Positions 10,527-22,612 are shown, numbered from the stretch's first letter. The stretch is DNA of 64,000 nucleotides from an uncultured Nitrososphaerota archaeon (GCA_963799845.1 CAWCYI010000004.1:1792001-1856000), one strand, 5' to 3'. Translations and numbers: made by a program. The notes: generated from the sequence alone by a model not told the origin.

Positions 10527-12786
10527 ATGTTTAGATTTTTGGCGCGAACTGAAAGAGCGATTAGCACTGCCGCAGTCATAGTAATTATCGTCATCCTGGT
10601 CATCGCCGCCATAGGGTGGAATTTACTATTTCAGCTCTACTCGAACATCTTCGAGCACATCTACCTCTACTCAAAGCACGACGCAATCGACCAGCTCGTC
10701 TTCTTCGAGTAGTTCTTCAACTCAGGCAACTTCATCTCAGACCTCTTCATCTTCGTCGAGTTCGACAACTGCGATTTCTTCATCTTCAAGTTCGAGCTCC
10801 AGCAGTACGTCGAGCAGTACGTCCACCGTACCATCATCATTTACCTATGAGACTTCTCTGACTTATCAGTACCTCGATCCTGCGATAAGCTACGGGGGAC
10901 TTGACTGGTCTACCGATCCGAATGTCTATGAATCTCTACTGGGCTACAACGGCTCCTGTGGCAGTTGTGTGATACCTCTTCTCGCGCAGAGCTATACCGC
11001 GTCTCCCAACCTTATGACTTACAACTTTACTCTCAGATCAGGAATCACTTTTGCCGACGGAGAGTCGCTGAACTCTACTGATGTCTATTTCTCGCTTGAC
11101 CGATTGCTGATAATGGACGGAAGCACCTCGATAACTCACGGATCGCAGGCAGCTTGGCTCATTCAACAGATGCTGAATACAAGCTTGAGCTCCAACTTGT
11201 GCTGCTCGCAGACTTACAATTCCACTTATGTCTCCGATGTTCTGGCCGAAAATTTTGTTCAGGTGACCGGAGGATTAACATTCCAGATTCACGTGATGAC
11301 TCCGACTGCCGCGTTTCCATACCTGCTCTCGATCGTGAATGTCGAAATACTCGCGCCGAGTTATGTAATGCAGCACGATCTCGCACTCTGGAACCAGTCC
11401 AGCCTTGGGTACACGCTGCCCTATCCAACTCTCACCGGCAACCTTAGCTCTCAGATCCAGCAATACTTCCTTGATGAAGTGGCGACGTGCAACTCTGGCG
11501 CGACGCCGAAGGGTTGTGCGACTACCTACCTAGACAATTCTCAAGACGGCTCGCTCGCGGGCACCGGTCCCTACACTATCAAGAGCGTTAGTCCGACGAC
11601 CGATGATATTGTTCTTCAGGCGAATTCCGGGTACTGGGGCGGTCCTTCGGGAAGTACTCACGCGCAGATAAAAACTATCAACGTCAACTACGTGCCGCAG
11701 GTCACGACAAGGGAACTCGACCTCCGCTCTCTGGCAACCTCAGGACAGGCGATCTCGATCGATCTACCAAACACTAACTTTTACGACGTTGTGAATAGGA
11801 GCCAGTGGTTGAATAATGGCACGCTTTCGTCGGTAATACCCGGGGTCACAATCTACGGACCCTCCTTCCAATATGGGACGGGGTTTGATGCATTTGGAAC
11901 TAACGTGACGAATTCCATTACGGGACAGTATCTCAGCTTCCAACCGTTCGCGGATCGAAGAATCCGCCTTGCCTTCGCAGACTCGATCAACGTCAGCCAG
12001 ATAGTTGATCAGGTAGGCAACGGGTTGTGGAAGACTGGATTCAATGTCGTTCCTCCTGATTTACCACCGATTGGTTCTTACAATACGTCGATCGCACCCG
12101 TCTATACGTTCAATCCCGATCAATCTGCCCAGCTCCTGCTGCAGGCTATGCAGAGTCCGCTTACCTCTTTCAACTTCGTGAATGGGACTGTAGCGCCGCC
12201 CGGCGTCTTCAACGACACGTTCGGGTGCCCGTCTCTTGATTCATCCGGAGTATGTGCTCATCCCGTACCGCAATCGATCACCCTTACATACGACCAAGGC
12301 TTCCAAGAAGCTGACGCTACGATAATGGAGGAGATAGCCTCGGCGATCAACAACATTAGCTCGACTTACAACATGGGGCTGACTGTCTCGGTTGCACCTG
12401 CGGCGCTCGGATTTTTCTACACTCAACTTGCGGAGGGTCATCTCTACATGTTCAATGATGCCTGGGGAGCGGACTATCCGTGGGTGACGGACTTTCTCAA
12501 TCCGTTCTTCACGCCCAGCGGATTCTATGCTTCGGGGGCTGGTTGGAACATTCCATACCTCACAGGGCTTTACAAGCAGGCAGTGGCGGCCACTGCGGAT
12601 GGGAACCTCAGCGGTGTGATCAAGGCAAGCAACTTGATGAACATCTATGCAAACCAAAACGTCATGTACATCTGGTCGGAGAATTCGGCGGACTATTACG
12701 TGATGACCTCGAACGTCCACGGATACTTCTTCAATCCATCCAATTACTTCGGGCTGTACGAGCCGTACTGGGCAGATCTGTACTAG
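10527..12786 (+). CDS. ABC transporter substrate-binding protein, family 5 (+1 frameshift near 10613)
   Basis: N-terminal TM anchor, Ser/Thr linker, LDPA, FTLRSGITFADG, GTGPY motifs. Confidence 0.85.
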
Positions 12787-13042
12787 AACGGAATTACTCG
12801 AACGAGGGCTGGAAGTCTAAAGACCTCCGCAAGCATCATCTCGATCCTGTCTGGATCATACGTTTCTGACGCTTGGAAAGATTACGAGTGAGTTTTCGCG
12901 CGTCTGCCTTTGATTTTTTGCTCAGTTCTCTGAATCGAGGCGATGCACTTCTGTTCATCTTCCTCCAGTGTATAGAAGAAATCTGAACGTTTGTTGGTTA
13001 TCAGATGCCATACTTCCCTGCAGGGTTATCCAAATATATTTT

Positions 13043-13078
13043 AAAAAAAAGACGGGCGGGCTGAAATTAGATCAGCCC
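13043..13078 (-). terminator. hairpin plus T-tract terminator
   Basis: minus strand GGGCTGA-TCTAATT-TCAGCCC followed by T8, just after the stop of 13088..13510. Confidence 0.55.
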
Positions 13079-13087
13079 TCGTTGTAT

Positions 13088-13510
13088 TTAGCGCGTGTAG
13101 AGTTTGTACGAGAATTCGCCAGTTGCGTTGTTGGCCGTGACTTCTACTCGGCCCTTGGTCTTGTTCAACCAGTCGAGTTTCGGCGATCGCGTCATGAATT
13201 CGATTTCACCCTCAGCCCAAACGGTTGTTGGACCGGTAGCTTTCCCATTTCCTCTACCATGAATTGCGACGACGTCTCTCTCTGGAGTAGTCTGCAATGA
13301 TTTCGACTCCCAATCAGCCGTGCCGTCGTTCTTTTGGAAAACATTCACAGTTTCAATGTGAGAAGCGGTGTATTTGCCCCCCGCAAACTGTCCTTGGTTG
13401 TTCAGTTCCAGCGCTGCGCCCCATGGTGACAAGTGCTTAATCGTCGTCGAAACTGTCTTACCACGTATTTCTCCTAAAAGTTCGCCTGTTTTTTGTGTTT
13501 GTGTTTGCAT
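13088..13510 (-). CDS. hypothetical beta-rich protein
   Basis: 140 aa ORF with alternating strand pattern and F.T.S.KL.WLN motif; has its own terminator. Confidence 0.65.
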   Translation of the reverse strand: MQTQTQKTGELLGEIRGKTVSTTIKHLSPWGAALELNNQGQFAGGKYTASHIETVNVFQKNDGTADWESKSLQTTPERDVVAIHGRGNGKATGPTTVWAEGEIEFMTRSPKLDWLNKTKGRVEVTANNATGEFSYKLYTR

Positions 13511-13707
13511 TTTTTCTCAGCTGCTACAGTGGTCAAGTTGCTTATACGCCTATGTCGAGACGGCACCAAGTCTCCGTCGGATGTGGATTCACTTCTCAGC
13601 TGTCCGCAGAGCTGGTTTGGCAGTTCAAGGAGACTTTTCTAAGCATTATTTACTGAAATCTCGCGAGTATTGAAGGTTCTGGGTATTCGTGCTCGAAGTT
13701 TCATGCA

Positions 13708-14037
13708 TTAAGAAAGCAATGATCCAGCAGTGAAAACTTTCGCTTTCGTAGCAATCTCGGTCAGGTCAGATCCGAGTGGAGCAGCCAAAACTAATGCGCC
13801 CTTGCCGGGATGAAGCGGCAACACCATTACCGTAAGCTCTTCATAAAATCCTATGAGATTCTTGGTCGCCTCACCCAGTACCGAGCCCGCGGAGTCCAAA
13901 TAACTTGAATAGAGTATTTTTGAATCCAGAGTTAGAAGCTTTTCACATATCCATTGAGGGTCGAATTCCCTCACGATTTGCAACGCGGCTCTTCGATGCG
14001 AGCTACGTCCTGCCATACATCCACTTTGGAATTTCAC
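13708..14037 (-). CDS. hypothetical protein (possible profilin/roadblock-like fold)
   Basis: ICEKLLTLDSKILYSSYLDSAG pattern; start uncertain. Confidence 0.4.
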   Translation of the reverse strand: MKFQSGCMAGRSSHRRAALQIVREFDPQWICEKLLTLDSKILYSSYLDSAGSVLGEATKNLIGFYEELTVMVLPLHPGKGALVLAAPLGSDLTEIATKAKVFTAGSLLS

Positions 14038-14279
14038 TTTGCTCTTGCTCCTATTATTTGGATTGTCAAAGGTCTTCGTGTTTAGTCGTGAACGATATTT
14101 AAGACTGGGAGACGATCATCAAAATTGATAATACCCTATCTCATGAAAACAGGTCTACATTCGTCCTATAAACAAGAGAAACTAAATTTCGAAAATGCTC
14201 AAGCAGTTGTTTTCAGTGACTTCGGAAAATCGATGAGAGTGATTCTTGCGGCCGATGAAAAAAGATCGGGATTTCGCGA

Positions 14280-16532
14280 TCACGTATGGAGTGACGCGAA
14301 ATAGAATGTGAGCGTTGAAGGGTTGTAGAAGAAGCCCTTGACATTTGAAGTGAATATGTTCAACGATTCTGGGTAGAACGTCCACAAGTAAAGTACGTCA
14401 TAGTTTGCGATCGTATTCATCACGTTGCTTACTTGGATTACGCCCGTAATGTTCCCCACAGAGGTCGCGGTTATAGCTTGATTGTAAAGCGAGGCAAGTA
14501 TTGTCAGATTCAATCCCACTGCGGTGTCAATCAGGGCTGAGGAATACAAGATGGCGAGAAAGTCGTTCACCCAAGGATAATCGGCGGTTGTCTGCAGCGC
14601 GAACATGAACAAGTTATCAGACAGGGCGAGGGTGATCATCTGGCCGATTGGTACAGGAACTACACTCACGGTCAATCCCATGTTGTATGTGGAACTCACA
14701 TTGTTTACCGCTGTCGCGATCTGGATCAATACTGCTTGGTCGACTGTGTCCCCAGTATAGTAGGTCAGTTGGATATTCTGAGAAACCGGACTGCTACATT
14801 GGCCAGCCTTATTCAGAGTGGAGCAGCCGAAAGTATTGTTGAAGTAACCTTGTGGCGCAGCCGTCCCGTTAAAGAAATTGAAGTTAGTTAATGGATGCTC
14901 CATCGCAGCCAAGAGAAGATCCTGAACGGCTGTCAAGTTGAAGCTGTACCTCGGTGTGATCGATGAATTATGAGCGTCGATAGGTGGAAGTCCAGGGGGA
15001 ATTCCGTTGATAGCTACCGCCCCCAAGTTGTTGTTTTCGTTGATGTTGATATTGGAGATGTTTACTGCATCTGAAAATGCGAGTCTCAATCTAACGTCGG
15101 AAAATGGTTGGAACTTGTAATATGAACCAGTATTCGGATTTGTAACATTCTGGGAGAACAGCACCCAATTTGTTGTGTAACTCGTGTAGGGGCCGTATAG
15201 CGAAACGCCGGGGACTACCGAAGAGAGAGTGCCCTGATTCAGCCAAGATGTCCGATTGGCGAAATCGTAGAGATTGGAATTGGGGAGATCTATTGTAAAT
15301 GCCTGTCCGGATCTTGCCGCATTCTCCAGGTCCACTTCCCTTGTTACCAAGCTGGGGACGTAATTGATATTGACAGTCGTAAACTGGGGCTGTATTTTTT
15401 GAGAATAGGGTCCTCCCCAGTAGTTCGCATTTGATTTCAAAACAAAGTCGTTTGTACTGGAGGAGAAGTTTGCAATAGTATATGGACCGGTGGATGCAAG
15501 TGAGCCGTGAGCGTCTGAATCGATGTAGGTCGCGCCGCATCCTTTCGGCGTCGCACCCGAGTTGCACGTCGCTACTTCATCCATAAAGTACTCGTTAATC
15601 GCCTGAGTCGCGTTACCACTAGGGGCGGCGAACGGGAGTGAATAACCATTGGACGACGCGCTCCACAACGAAAGATCAGTTTGCATAACATAATCTGGCG
15701 CCACAATGTTCGCCCACGTCCCTGCCAACAAGAAGGGAAGAGCAGTGTTGGGGTGGAGCATATGGAGCGTGAAAGTCAGAGGCCCCGTTATCTGGACAAA
15801 ATCCTGATCGAGAACTTGATTTGCCCAGGCAGAAGTGTAATTCTGGGCAGTACTCAGCGAAGAGCTGAGACTGGTATTCAGTAACTGCTGCATAATGAAC
15901 GCGCCCTGAGTACCGTGAGTTGTCGGTGTGCTGCCATCTATGATGAGCAATCTATTCAGCGAGAAGTAGACTGCGGTGGAATTCAGCTGTTCACCATCTG
16001 CAAATTTGATCCCACTCCTCAGAGTGAAATTGGCAGTAGTGCCGTCCGCTGAGACTGTGTAGTTTGAGGCAAGCCACGGGACTACATAGGTAGAGTTAGC
16101 ACCAGGATATTGCAAGAGTGGTTCGTAGATGTTTTCAATCAGGAATTGATCGTACGTGAAATAGGAAACATCCGGATCCAAATTCTCTGGAGTGTTCAAA
16201 GTTTCATAAGTGAAAGTCGTAGGTCCTGAGGTAGATGATGAAGACACCGAGGTGGAAGACGACGTTGTCAGAGAAACAGAGCTCGAACTCGAAGTTGAAC
16301 TTGACGACGTAGTTCCCGTGGTTGAACTTGTAGAACTGGTCGGAGTTGAAGAACTGGAACTCGAAGAAGTACTAGAAGACGTTTGAGTGGTACTGGTCGT
16401 GGTAGTTTGACTCGTCTTGACGCTTAGAGCTGCGTAAGCACCGACCAGTAAAATGACTATCACGACTACAACTATAACGATTGTAGATGTTCTAGAAAGA
16501 GCTCCGTAATTTTTGTTGAAATTGTTACGCAT
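14280..16532 (-). CDS. ABC transporter substrate-binding protein, family 5
   Basis: TM anchor, Ser/Thr linker, NLDP, FTLRSGIKFADG, STGPY; paralog of 10527..12786. Confidence 0.9.
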   Translation of the reverse strand: MRNNFNKNYGALSRTSTIVIVVVVIVILLVGAYAALSVKTSQTTTTSTTQTSSSTSSSSSSSTPTSSTSSTTGTTSSSSTSSSSSVSLTTSSSTSVSSSSTSGPTTFTYETLNTPENLDPDVSYFTYDQFLIENIYEPLLQYPGANSTYVVPWLASNYTVSADGTTANFTLRSGIKFADGEQLNSTAVYFSLNRLLIIDGSTPTTHGTQGAFIMQQLLNTSLSSSLSTAQNYTSAWANQVLDQDFVQITGPLTFTLHMLHPNTALPFLLAGTWANIVAPDYVMQTDLSLWSASSNGYSLPFAAPSGNATQAINEYFMDEVATCNSGATPKGCGATYIDSDAHGSLASTGPYTIANFSSSTNDFVLKSNANYWGGPYSQKIQPQFTTVNINYVPSLVTREVDLENAARSGQAFTIDLPNSNLYDFANRTSWLNQGTLSSVVPGVSLYGPYTSYTTNWVLFSQNVTNPNTGSYYKFQPFSDVRLRLAFSDAVNISNININENNNLGAVAINGIPPGLPPIDAHNSSITPRYSFNLTAVQDLLLAAMEHPLTNFNFFNGTAAPQGYFNNTFGCSTLNKAGQCSSPVSQNIQLTYYTGDTVDQAVLIQIATAVNNVSSTYNMGLTVSVVPVPIGQMITLALSDNLFMFALQTTADYPWVNDFLAILYSSALIDTAVGLNLTILASLYNQAITATSVGNITGVIQVSNVMNTIANYDVLYLWTFYPESLNIFTSNVKGFFYNPSTLTFYFASLHT

Positions 16533-16629
16533 TATTTTGTTGTAACTTCGAGTGAACTATTTATCAGTTCTTACCATGAATTGCATGTACCTTGATCTGA
16601 CTTGAAAAAAGCTGAAAACCATCGTCTAG

Positions 16630-17950
16630 TTATTCAGATGAAGCACGGATTTGATTATTGACTGGAAGATCTAATTTTGTTTTATCGATAATCTCTCCAT
16701 TCTTCACAACAGTCGACACGCTCTTGATATTTCTGACATCCCTCGTCGGATCTTCATCAAGCAGAACCATATCAGCTCAGCTTTCCCCGTGCTATCGATC
16801 CCATTTCACTTTCTTTGGACAGGAATAGAGCTCCGTTGTAAGTCGCAGCCACGATGACATCAAACGGGGATATTCCCGATTCCTGCAATAACTCCAGTTC
16901 GCGCTGATAATCGGGCCCCGAAGTGAGGTCAGTTCCCGTGGAAATAATTCCTCCTTCTGCTTGCAAGCGCTTCAGATTTTCTTGAGCGACCGGTGTCATC
17001 ACTTTCATCCACATTGCCCACCGGTTTTTCTTCTGTTTCTCGCTCTCTTCGTTCTTCAGATAGACGAGCTCGGGTTCTGAAAAGCAATCGCGATACGATT
17101 TTTCGTCGAGGTGCTCGGGATGATCTGCGATCCGAGAATATCGATCTCCAATTGTAAGCGTACTGACTACTGGAATTCTCTTGTGAGATAGTAGCCAGAG
17201 GAATTCGTCGGTTACCGGAGATTGGATGACCGGGTGCGCAAGAGAGTCGATGCCGCAAGCGATGGCTTCGCGACTCCTGAGCTCATTTGAAGTGTGAATC
17301 GTCACTAGGAATTTTTTCGAGTGGCAATAATCTACGATCTTTCTCAGTGTATCGATTTGCAGAATGGGAATTAGCGGCCTCGTGCCCCAGTTGTGTTCGT
17401 CGAATGTCACTTTGACGACGTCAGGACCTTTTGACAGATTATCCTGAATTTTCTGTTCGTCTTCCGGCAGTGAGGAGATGTAAGTCGTGTGTGAAAAACC
17501 GTTGTGACCACCTCTGCAGGTAATCAAGCTTCCAGTACAATAAATTCGAGGGCTGGTAATTTTTCCATCCCTTTCCAACTTTCTGAGGGGGAAGATGATA
17601 TCCGGATCATTACCTGCATCATAGACCGAAGTAACGCCGCAGTACAAATAACTGTGGAGCCTCGAAATTAGTTTAGACCTTACGTCCTCTTTGGAATCTT
17701 CCGAAGTTCTTTCGGGATCGGATGGATGGAAATAGTCAAGATGTATGTGCGAATCTACCATGCCTGGAATTAGGAATCTATTTTCACAATCGATAACTTC
17801 TGATCGTGAATCTGCCGCAAGTGTAGAATCAGAGATCCGTTCTATTTTGTTATCTCGTACGAATACCGTCGTCTTTTCTCTTAATTTCTTCGAGACAACA
17901 TCGACAAGCGTCACATTCTTGAAAACAACGGCCATGTGGTATGCCTTCAA
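16630..17950 (-). CDS. amidohydrolase 1 family (+1 frameshift near 16777)
   Basis: PGMVDSHIH, GTD, GSIARGKL/ADMVLLDEDP continuing in another frame to a stop at 16630. Confidence 0.9.
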
Positions 17951-18036
17951 ACCGTATTGTTATGACTAAAAAAGAAAGTCCCCAGTAGCCAACAAGTTAC
18001 ATAATGCTTAACTTTTCTTTGATATTTGTATGAAGC

Positions 18037-18961
18037 ATGTCAGAATCGGCCGTCGGCGTTGCGGTCGCGTGCATGCCGATAACATACAACAAGCAGCAGA
18101 ATCTTAGTGCGATAATGAGCATCGTTGAAGAATCTGGTTCGAAAAATGTGGATCTTCTGATTCTGCCCGAAACTTGCCTTCAAGGGTATTGTTGGGATGC
18201 TGAATCATTCTATGATTTTGAACAGCGCAAGTACTACCTTGAAACAGCTGAATCGATATCAGGTCCGTCTACAGAAATCATTGCGAACCACGCGAAAAAG
18301 AATAACATGTATGTCCAGATGGGCATGGCGGAAAGAGCCCCCGTCGGCGGTGGAGTTGTTATTTACAATTCAGTAGTGTTGATAGGACCGAAAGGAGTTG
18401 TCGGGGTCTCCAGAAAAATTCACAACAAATCTGAGAACGCCATTTTCAACGATGGAAATGAAATTGTGGTTTGGGACACGCCCTTTGCAAAGCTGGGCCC
18501 TGTCATCTGTTATGACCTGTGTTTTCCGGAAGTGACCAGGGTACAGGCTTTGAAGGGTGCTGACATGATCACAATGTCCAGGGCATGGGCGAAGGGCGGA
18601 AACGATCATGATCCGGAGTTTGGTAGCAGGTCATACAATGCGATTTCGAAGTCGGTTGCGATCACGAACCAGGTCTGGCTTGCGCAGTCAAATGCAGTGG
18701 GCATTCCGGAAGGCGGAAAATCAAGGACAGACTATTTTGGCCACAGCAGAATCCTGTCCCCACTCGGGGAAGTCGTCGCAGAATCCAAGGGAGAAGGACT
18801 CGCGTTCGCGAAGCTGAAGCTGAAGGAAGGGATTCTGGACGCTAGGACAAAGGACATGTTTGGGATGAATATGATCAAAGACAGAAAACCCGTTCTATAC
18901 GGTGCGCTGAGTGATTTATCACTCTATGAAAAATCACTGTTCATCTGGATGCACAAGATAA
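18037..18961 (+). CDS. carbon-nitrogen hydrolase (nitrilase/amidase family)
   Basis: E-K-C triad motifs LPET, RKIH, ICYD; the ORF-track tail to 19023 overlaps the next gene and is probably a frameshift read-through. Confidence 0.9.
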
Positions 18962-18971
18962 ATACAATTTT

Positions 18972-19805
18972 TCAGTGTCTATTTACGAAGTCAAGAACAA
19001 ATTTGTTGAAGATTTCCGCTTGATCGAGGTAGCAGAAATGTCCACTCTGAGGAATTGAAAGATACTCCGATTTTGGAAGGAGCTCGTGTTGCTTCTTGCA
19101 CACCGGAGCAGTATCGTCGTCTCCGCCGTGGATTATCGCACTTGGGACAGTAGATTGAATCAGGTCTTCGACCATTGATTCCTGACCATACGCCGCTTTT
19201 AGCAGCTCGATTGCCCCGTAAGCGTCGCCGTTCATCCTTGCATATCTCTCCTCAAACAAATAACGCACAAGATAACCTCCAAACTGGCTCTTTGAAAACT
19301 TCTCGTGGAACTGATAGTGCGCTGTTGGCTTCCAAACGGTGTTCCAAAAGTTCAGATAACCTTTCGCCAGAGCTTCGAGATAGACATCGGATGTCGGTTG
19401 ATTACTATTGCCAACTCCTTCGACAACCATATCCTCTACCGGATACGAGGGCGCTCCGATCCAAATAGTTGCCCGAACTCTGTCCGGATGATCAATTGTA
19501 AATTTTTGACATATCGCTCCACCCAGTGAACTTCCAACCAAATACGATTTTTTGATTCCAAGGCTTTCACAAATCGCGAGAAGGTCCTTCGAGAGTCTTG
19601 ATAATTGATATCCCTTGCTTGGCCTCGCCGACTTTCCAAGACCGCGAATATCCGGGGTAATAACTCGAAAATACTCTGAGAACACGGGAGTTTGAAGCAA
19701 CCACATTGCATGATCAGCGGGCCAAGGATGGACTAAAATCATAGGAAAACCATCCCCGTACTCTTCATAGTACAGCTTGGTTCCGTCTGCTTCAACGGTT
19801 GGCAA
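18972..19805 (-). CDS. alpha/beta hydrolase
   Basis: DIRGLGKS, GSSLGG, SGHF motifs. Confidence 0.9.
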   Translation of the reverse strand: MPTVEADGTKLYYEEYGDGFPMILVHPWPADHAMWLLQTPVFSEYFRVITPDIRGLGKSARPSKGYQLSRLSKDLLAICESLGIKKSYLVGSSLGGAICQKFTIDHPDRVRATIWIGAPSYPVEDMVVEGVGNSNQPTSDVYLEALAKGYLNFWNTVWKPTAHYQFHEKFSKSQFGGYLVRYLFEERYARMNGDAYGAIELLKAAYGQESMVEDLIQSTVPSAIIHGGDDDTAPVCKKQHELLPKSEYLSIPQSGHFCYLDQAEIFNKFVLDFVNRH

Positions 19806-19892
19806 GTTCTACCTTACTGCGCTTTTTTTCTATTCTTTGAAGTCTAAAGTTGGCGACACAACCACCCAGGTTTAATCTGCACGTTCAGAATT

Positions 19893-20879
19893 TTAATCAA
19901 GTTGACCCCACATCATGATCTTCTCCCCGGGTACCACGACCGGATTGTGTATCATCAGCATGGCTACTCCGTTCGATGGAGCACGAATTTCTTCTAGAAC
20001 TTCTCCTTCCAGATTCTTTACGATCCCGATGATTCCACCTTTAGGTAGCTTTTCGCCGGGATTCACGTTGCTGAAAAACAATCCTGAGTGGGATATACCG
20101 ATGTTGGCAACGCTTCTCACGATCTTCTGATCTCGTGCGGGTTGCACCCCGCCATCGAGCATCTGCAAATAACGCATAACATTGACCAGTCCATCGAATA
20201 TCTTGTTCACTTCTTTTTCGAGGATAACGTCTCCCTGACCCAATTCGCAGAGGGCACTCGATATTCCCCGCGTCGGCATAACCCGGAACGAGGTACCCGA
20301 CGTGGGAAGAGGAGCTCCTACTTGGTCTTCGATGAGACTGATGTACTCAAATCCCAGGGCTCTCGCCATCCCTTCAGATTTTTCATCGACCTCCGGTTTC
20401 CCGCTCTTGTAGAACAGGGAATACCCTATCTCTGATTCATTTGAATCACCACCGTGGAGATCAATGAAATAGTTCGCCTTAGAAATCAGATTGTTGAAGA
20501 CATTGAATGTGATCATGTGGCTCAGAGATCCATCCTGCCTCCCGGGCCATGTTCCCTGTATGTTCATTCCGTCAACAGGGCACAGGTAGGTTCTTTCCCA
20601 GAACCCAAGGATATTTAGAGCGCGTACGATGATCAAAGTCCCATGCAGGGATTCTGGCATTATCTCCCTAGAAAGCCGGATAGCCGCACCGATTCCGGCA
20701 TATTCAGTGCCGTGGGTACCGGCTACGATGCATAATGTAGGTCCATTGCGGCTCCCCTTGATTACCGTGTACGGAATGCGAGCGTAAGCTCTGGTATTAG
20801 CTCGCGCGTCAGCAAAGTATGGTCCAACTTCCAAGAATGCATTTGATCCAGATCCATTTTCAAGGTTCGTAATATTCAA
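19893..20879 (-). CDS. succinylglutamate desuccinylase/aspartoacylase family
   Basis: AGTHGTE, IDLHGG, CELG motifs; C-terminal hybrid domain. Confidence 0.85.
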   Translation of the reverse strand: MNITNLENGSGSNAFLEVGPYFADARANTRAYARIPYTVIKGSRNGPTLCIVAGTHGTEYAGIGAAIRLSREIMPESLHGTLIIVRALNILGFWERTYLCPVDGMNIQGTWPGRQDGSLSHMITFNVFNNLISKANYFIDLHGGDSNESEIGYSLFYKSGKPEVDEKSEGMARALGFEYISLIEDQVGAPLPTSGTSFRVMPTRGISSALCELGQGDVILEKEVNKIFDGLVNVMRYLQMLDGGVQPARDQKIVRSVANIGISHSGLFFSNVNPGEKLPKGGIIGIVKNLEGEVLEEIRAPSNGVAMLMIHNPVVVPGEKIMMWGQLD

Positions 20880-21067
20880 AAAAATCTCCGAGCGGGAAGT
20901 GTGTTGAAATCAGTTTATGTCTTTCGAGTCCTACAGAGAGTTGGAAAGGAAGATAATTATTGAGAGCCCAACGGCTTTCAATCCCTACTCCAGATTCTCG
21001 GAAAGGGTGATGTGGGCGTGGCTTTTTGCGAGTCCAGATGAGCTATGTTTCTGGTCTCCATAATTTG

Positions 21068-22612
21068 TTAACCGAACTTGATCCCTTGAGCTAGAGGGAG
21101 CTCGTCGCTCCAGTTGATAGTTGTAGTCTGCCGCCGCATGTACTGCTTCCAGGCATCAGAGCCGGCCTCTCTCCCGCCACCGGTTTCCTTTTCGCCTCCG
21201 AAAGCTCCGCCGATTTCAGCTCCCGACGTGCCGATGTTTACGTTAGCAATTCCACAATCACTCCCAATGACGGATAGAAATCTCTCGGCTTTCTGGAGCG
21301 ATTCGGTAAAAATCGCAGAAGATAGTCCTTGGGGAACTTCGTTATGCAATCGTATTGCGTCATCCAGAGTGTCGTAAGGCATGATGTACAGAATAGGAGC
21401 GAATGTTTCTTCGCAGACTAGCATCGTATTGCCGGGAACCGAGACGATCGCAGGTGTTGCGTAAAAGCCAGGTCTGTCCAGCCGCTCGCCACCCGTGACG
21501 ATCTTCCCACCTTGTGCCGGCAAGATAGAGAGCGCCTTCATCATGGTGTTAACTGCATCCTCATCAATCAAAGGACCCATCAGCGTCTGCGAATCAAGCG
21601 GGTTGCCAATTCTAACCTGCCTGTATGATTTCACAAGTCTTTGGGTGAGGTCATCAATGATTGATTTCTGAGCGATTATCCTTCTCGTCGTGGTGCAGCG
21701 CTGGCCCGCAGTTCCAACAGCACCGAAAAGAATAGCCCTTACTGCAAGGTCAAGGTTTGAGTCCTCCGCGACTATTATTGAGTTGTTGCCGCCTAGTTCC
21801 AAAATCCTTCCCGCAAGACGCTTCGAGGTAGCCTCCGCAACGCGCCTCCCCATGCGAGTTGACCCTGTTGCTGAAATTAGAGCAACTCGCTTATCATTGA
21901 GGAGTCTTTCTCCGATCGTCGAGCCGTTTCCCACAACGAGCGTGAAAATCCCTTTCTGATCATGGGCTTTCATTACTCTATTGACGACATGTTGAATAGC
22001 AATCGCGCTCAAGGGAGTTTTTGATGATGGTTTCCAAACCATAGTGTCGCCGCACACTGCCGCGACCATGGAATTCCACGACCAAGGTGCCACTGGAAAA
22101 TTGAATGCCGTTATTATGCCAACGACACCGAGGGGGTGCCATTGTTCGTACATTCTGTGAAATGGTCGCTCTGATTGCATCGTCAGTCCGTAAAGCTGAC
22201 GCGAAAGGCCAACTGCGAAATCAGCAATGTCGATAGCCTCCTGCACCTCTCCCAAGCCCTCCGGCACGATCTTTCCCATCTCGAGAGTTATCAGCTTCCC
22301 AAGAGGTTCCTTTAGTCTTCGAAGTTCATTTGCAATTTCCTGAACAATCGTTCCCCGTTTGGGGGCTGGCATTAGACGCCATTTTGAGAAACTTTCCTGC
22401 GCGACTGAAATGACATGATCGTAATCATCGTTCGACGCTGGCGCGACCTTTGCAATAGCTGATCCATCGATCGGTGAAATGACATCAATTAGATCTTTTC
22501 CTTCAATGCTGCTCCAGTCGTCGGGTCCAGCACAAGCTCCCGAGTTAATTTCTGTTATTCCAAGAGCTTTGACGAAAGTGTCGTCCCTTTGCGAAGTCAA
22601 ACTGAATGCCAT
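21068..22612 (-). CDS. aldehyde dehydrogenase family 7 (antiquitin/piperideine-6-carboxylate dehydrogenase-like)
   Basis: ITAFNFP, LELGGNN, GTAGQRCTT, SGAEIGGAFGGEKETGGGRE, LPLAQGIKF. Confidence 0.92.
   Translation of the reverse strand: MAFSLTSQRDDTFVKALGITEINSGACAGPDDWSSIEGKDLIDVISPIDGSAIAKVAPASNDDYDHVISVAQESFSKWRLMPAPKRGTIVQEIANELRRLKEPLGKLITLEMGKIVPEGLGEVQEAIDIADFAVGLSRQLYGLTMQSERPFHRMYEQWHPLGVVGIITAFNFPVAPWSWNSMVAAVCGDTMVWKPSSKTPLSAIAIQHVVNRVMKAHDQKGIFTLVVGNGSTIGERLLNDKRVALISATGSTRMGRRVAEATSKRLAGRILELGGNNSIIVAEDSNLDLAVRAILFGAVGTAGQRCTTTRRIIAQKSIIDDLTQRLVKSYRQVRIGNPLDSQTLMGPLIDEDAVNTMMKALSILPAQGGKIVTGGERLDRPGFYATPAIVSVPGNTMLVCEETFAPILYIMPYDTLDDAIRLHNEVPQGLSSAIFTESLQKAERFLSVIGSDCGIANVNIGTSGAEIGGAFGGEKETGGGREAGSDAWKQYMRRQTTTINWSDELPLAQGIKFG

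Noticed and set aside
10640-10840. Low-complexity TCT/TCG/AGT repeats (also ~16230-16420)
   Set aside because: They encode Ser/Thr linkers of the binding proteins.
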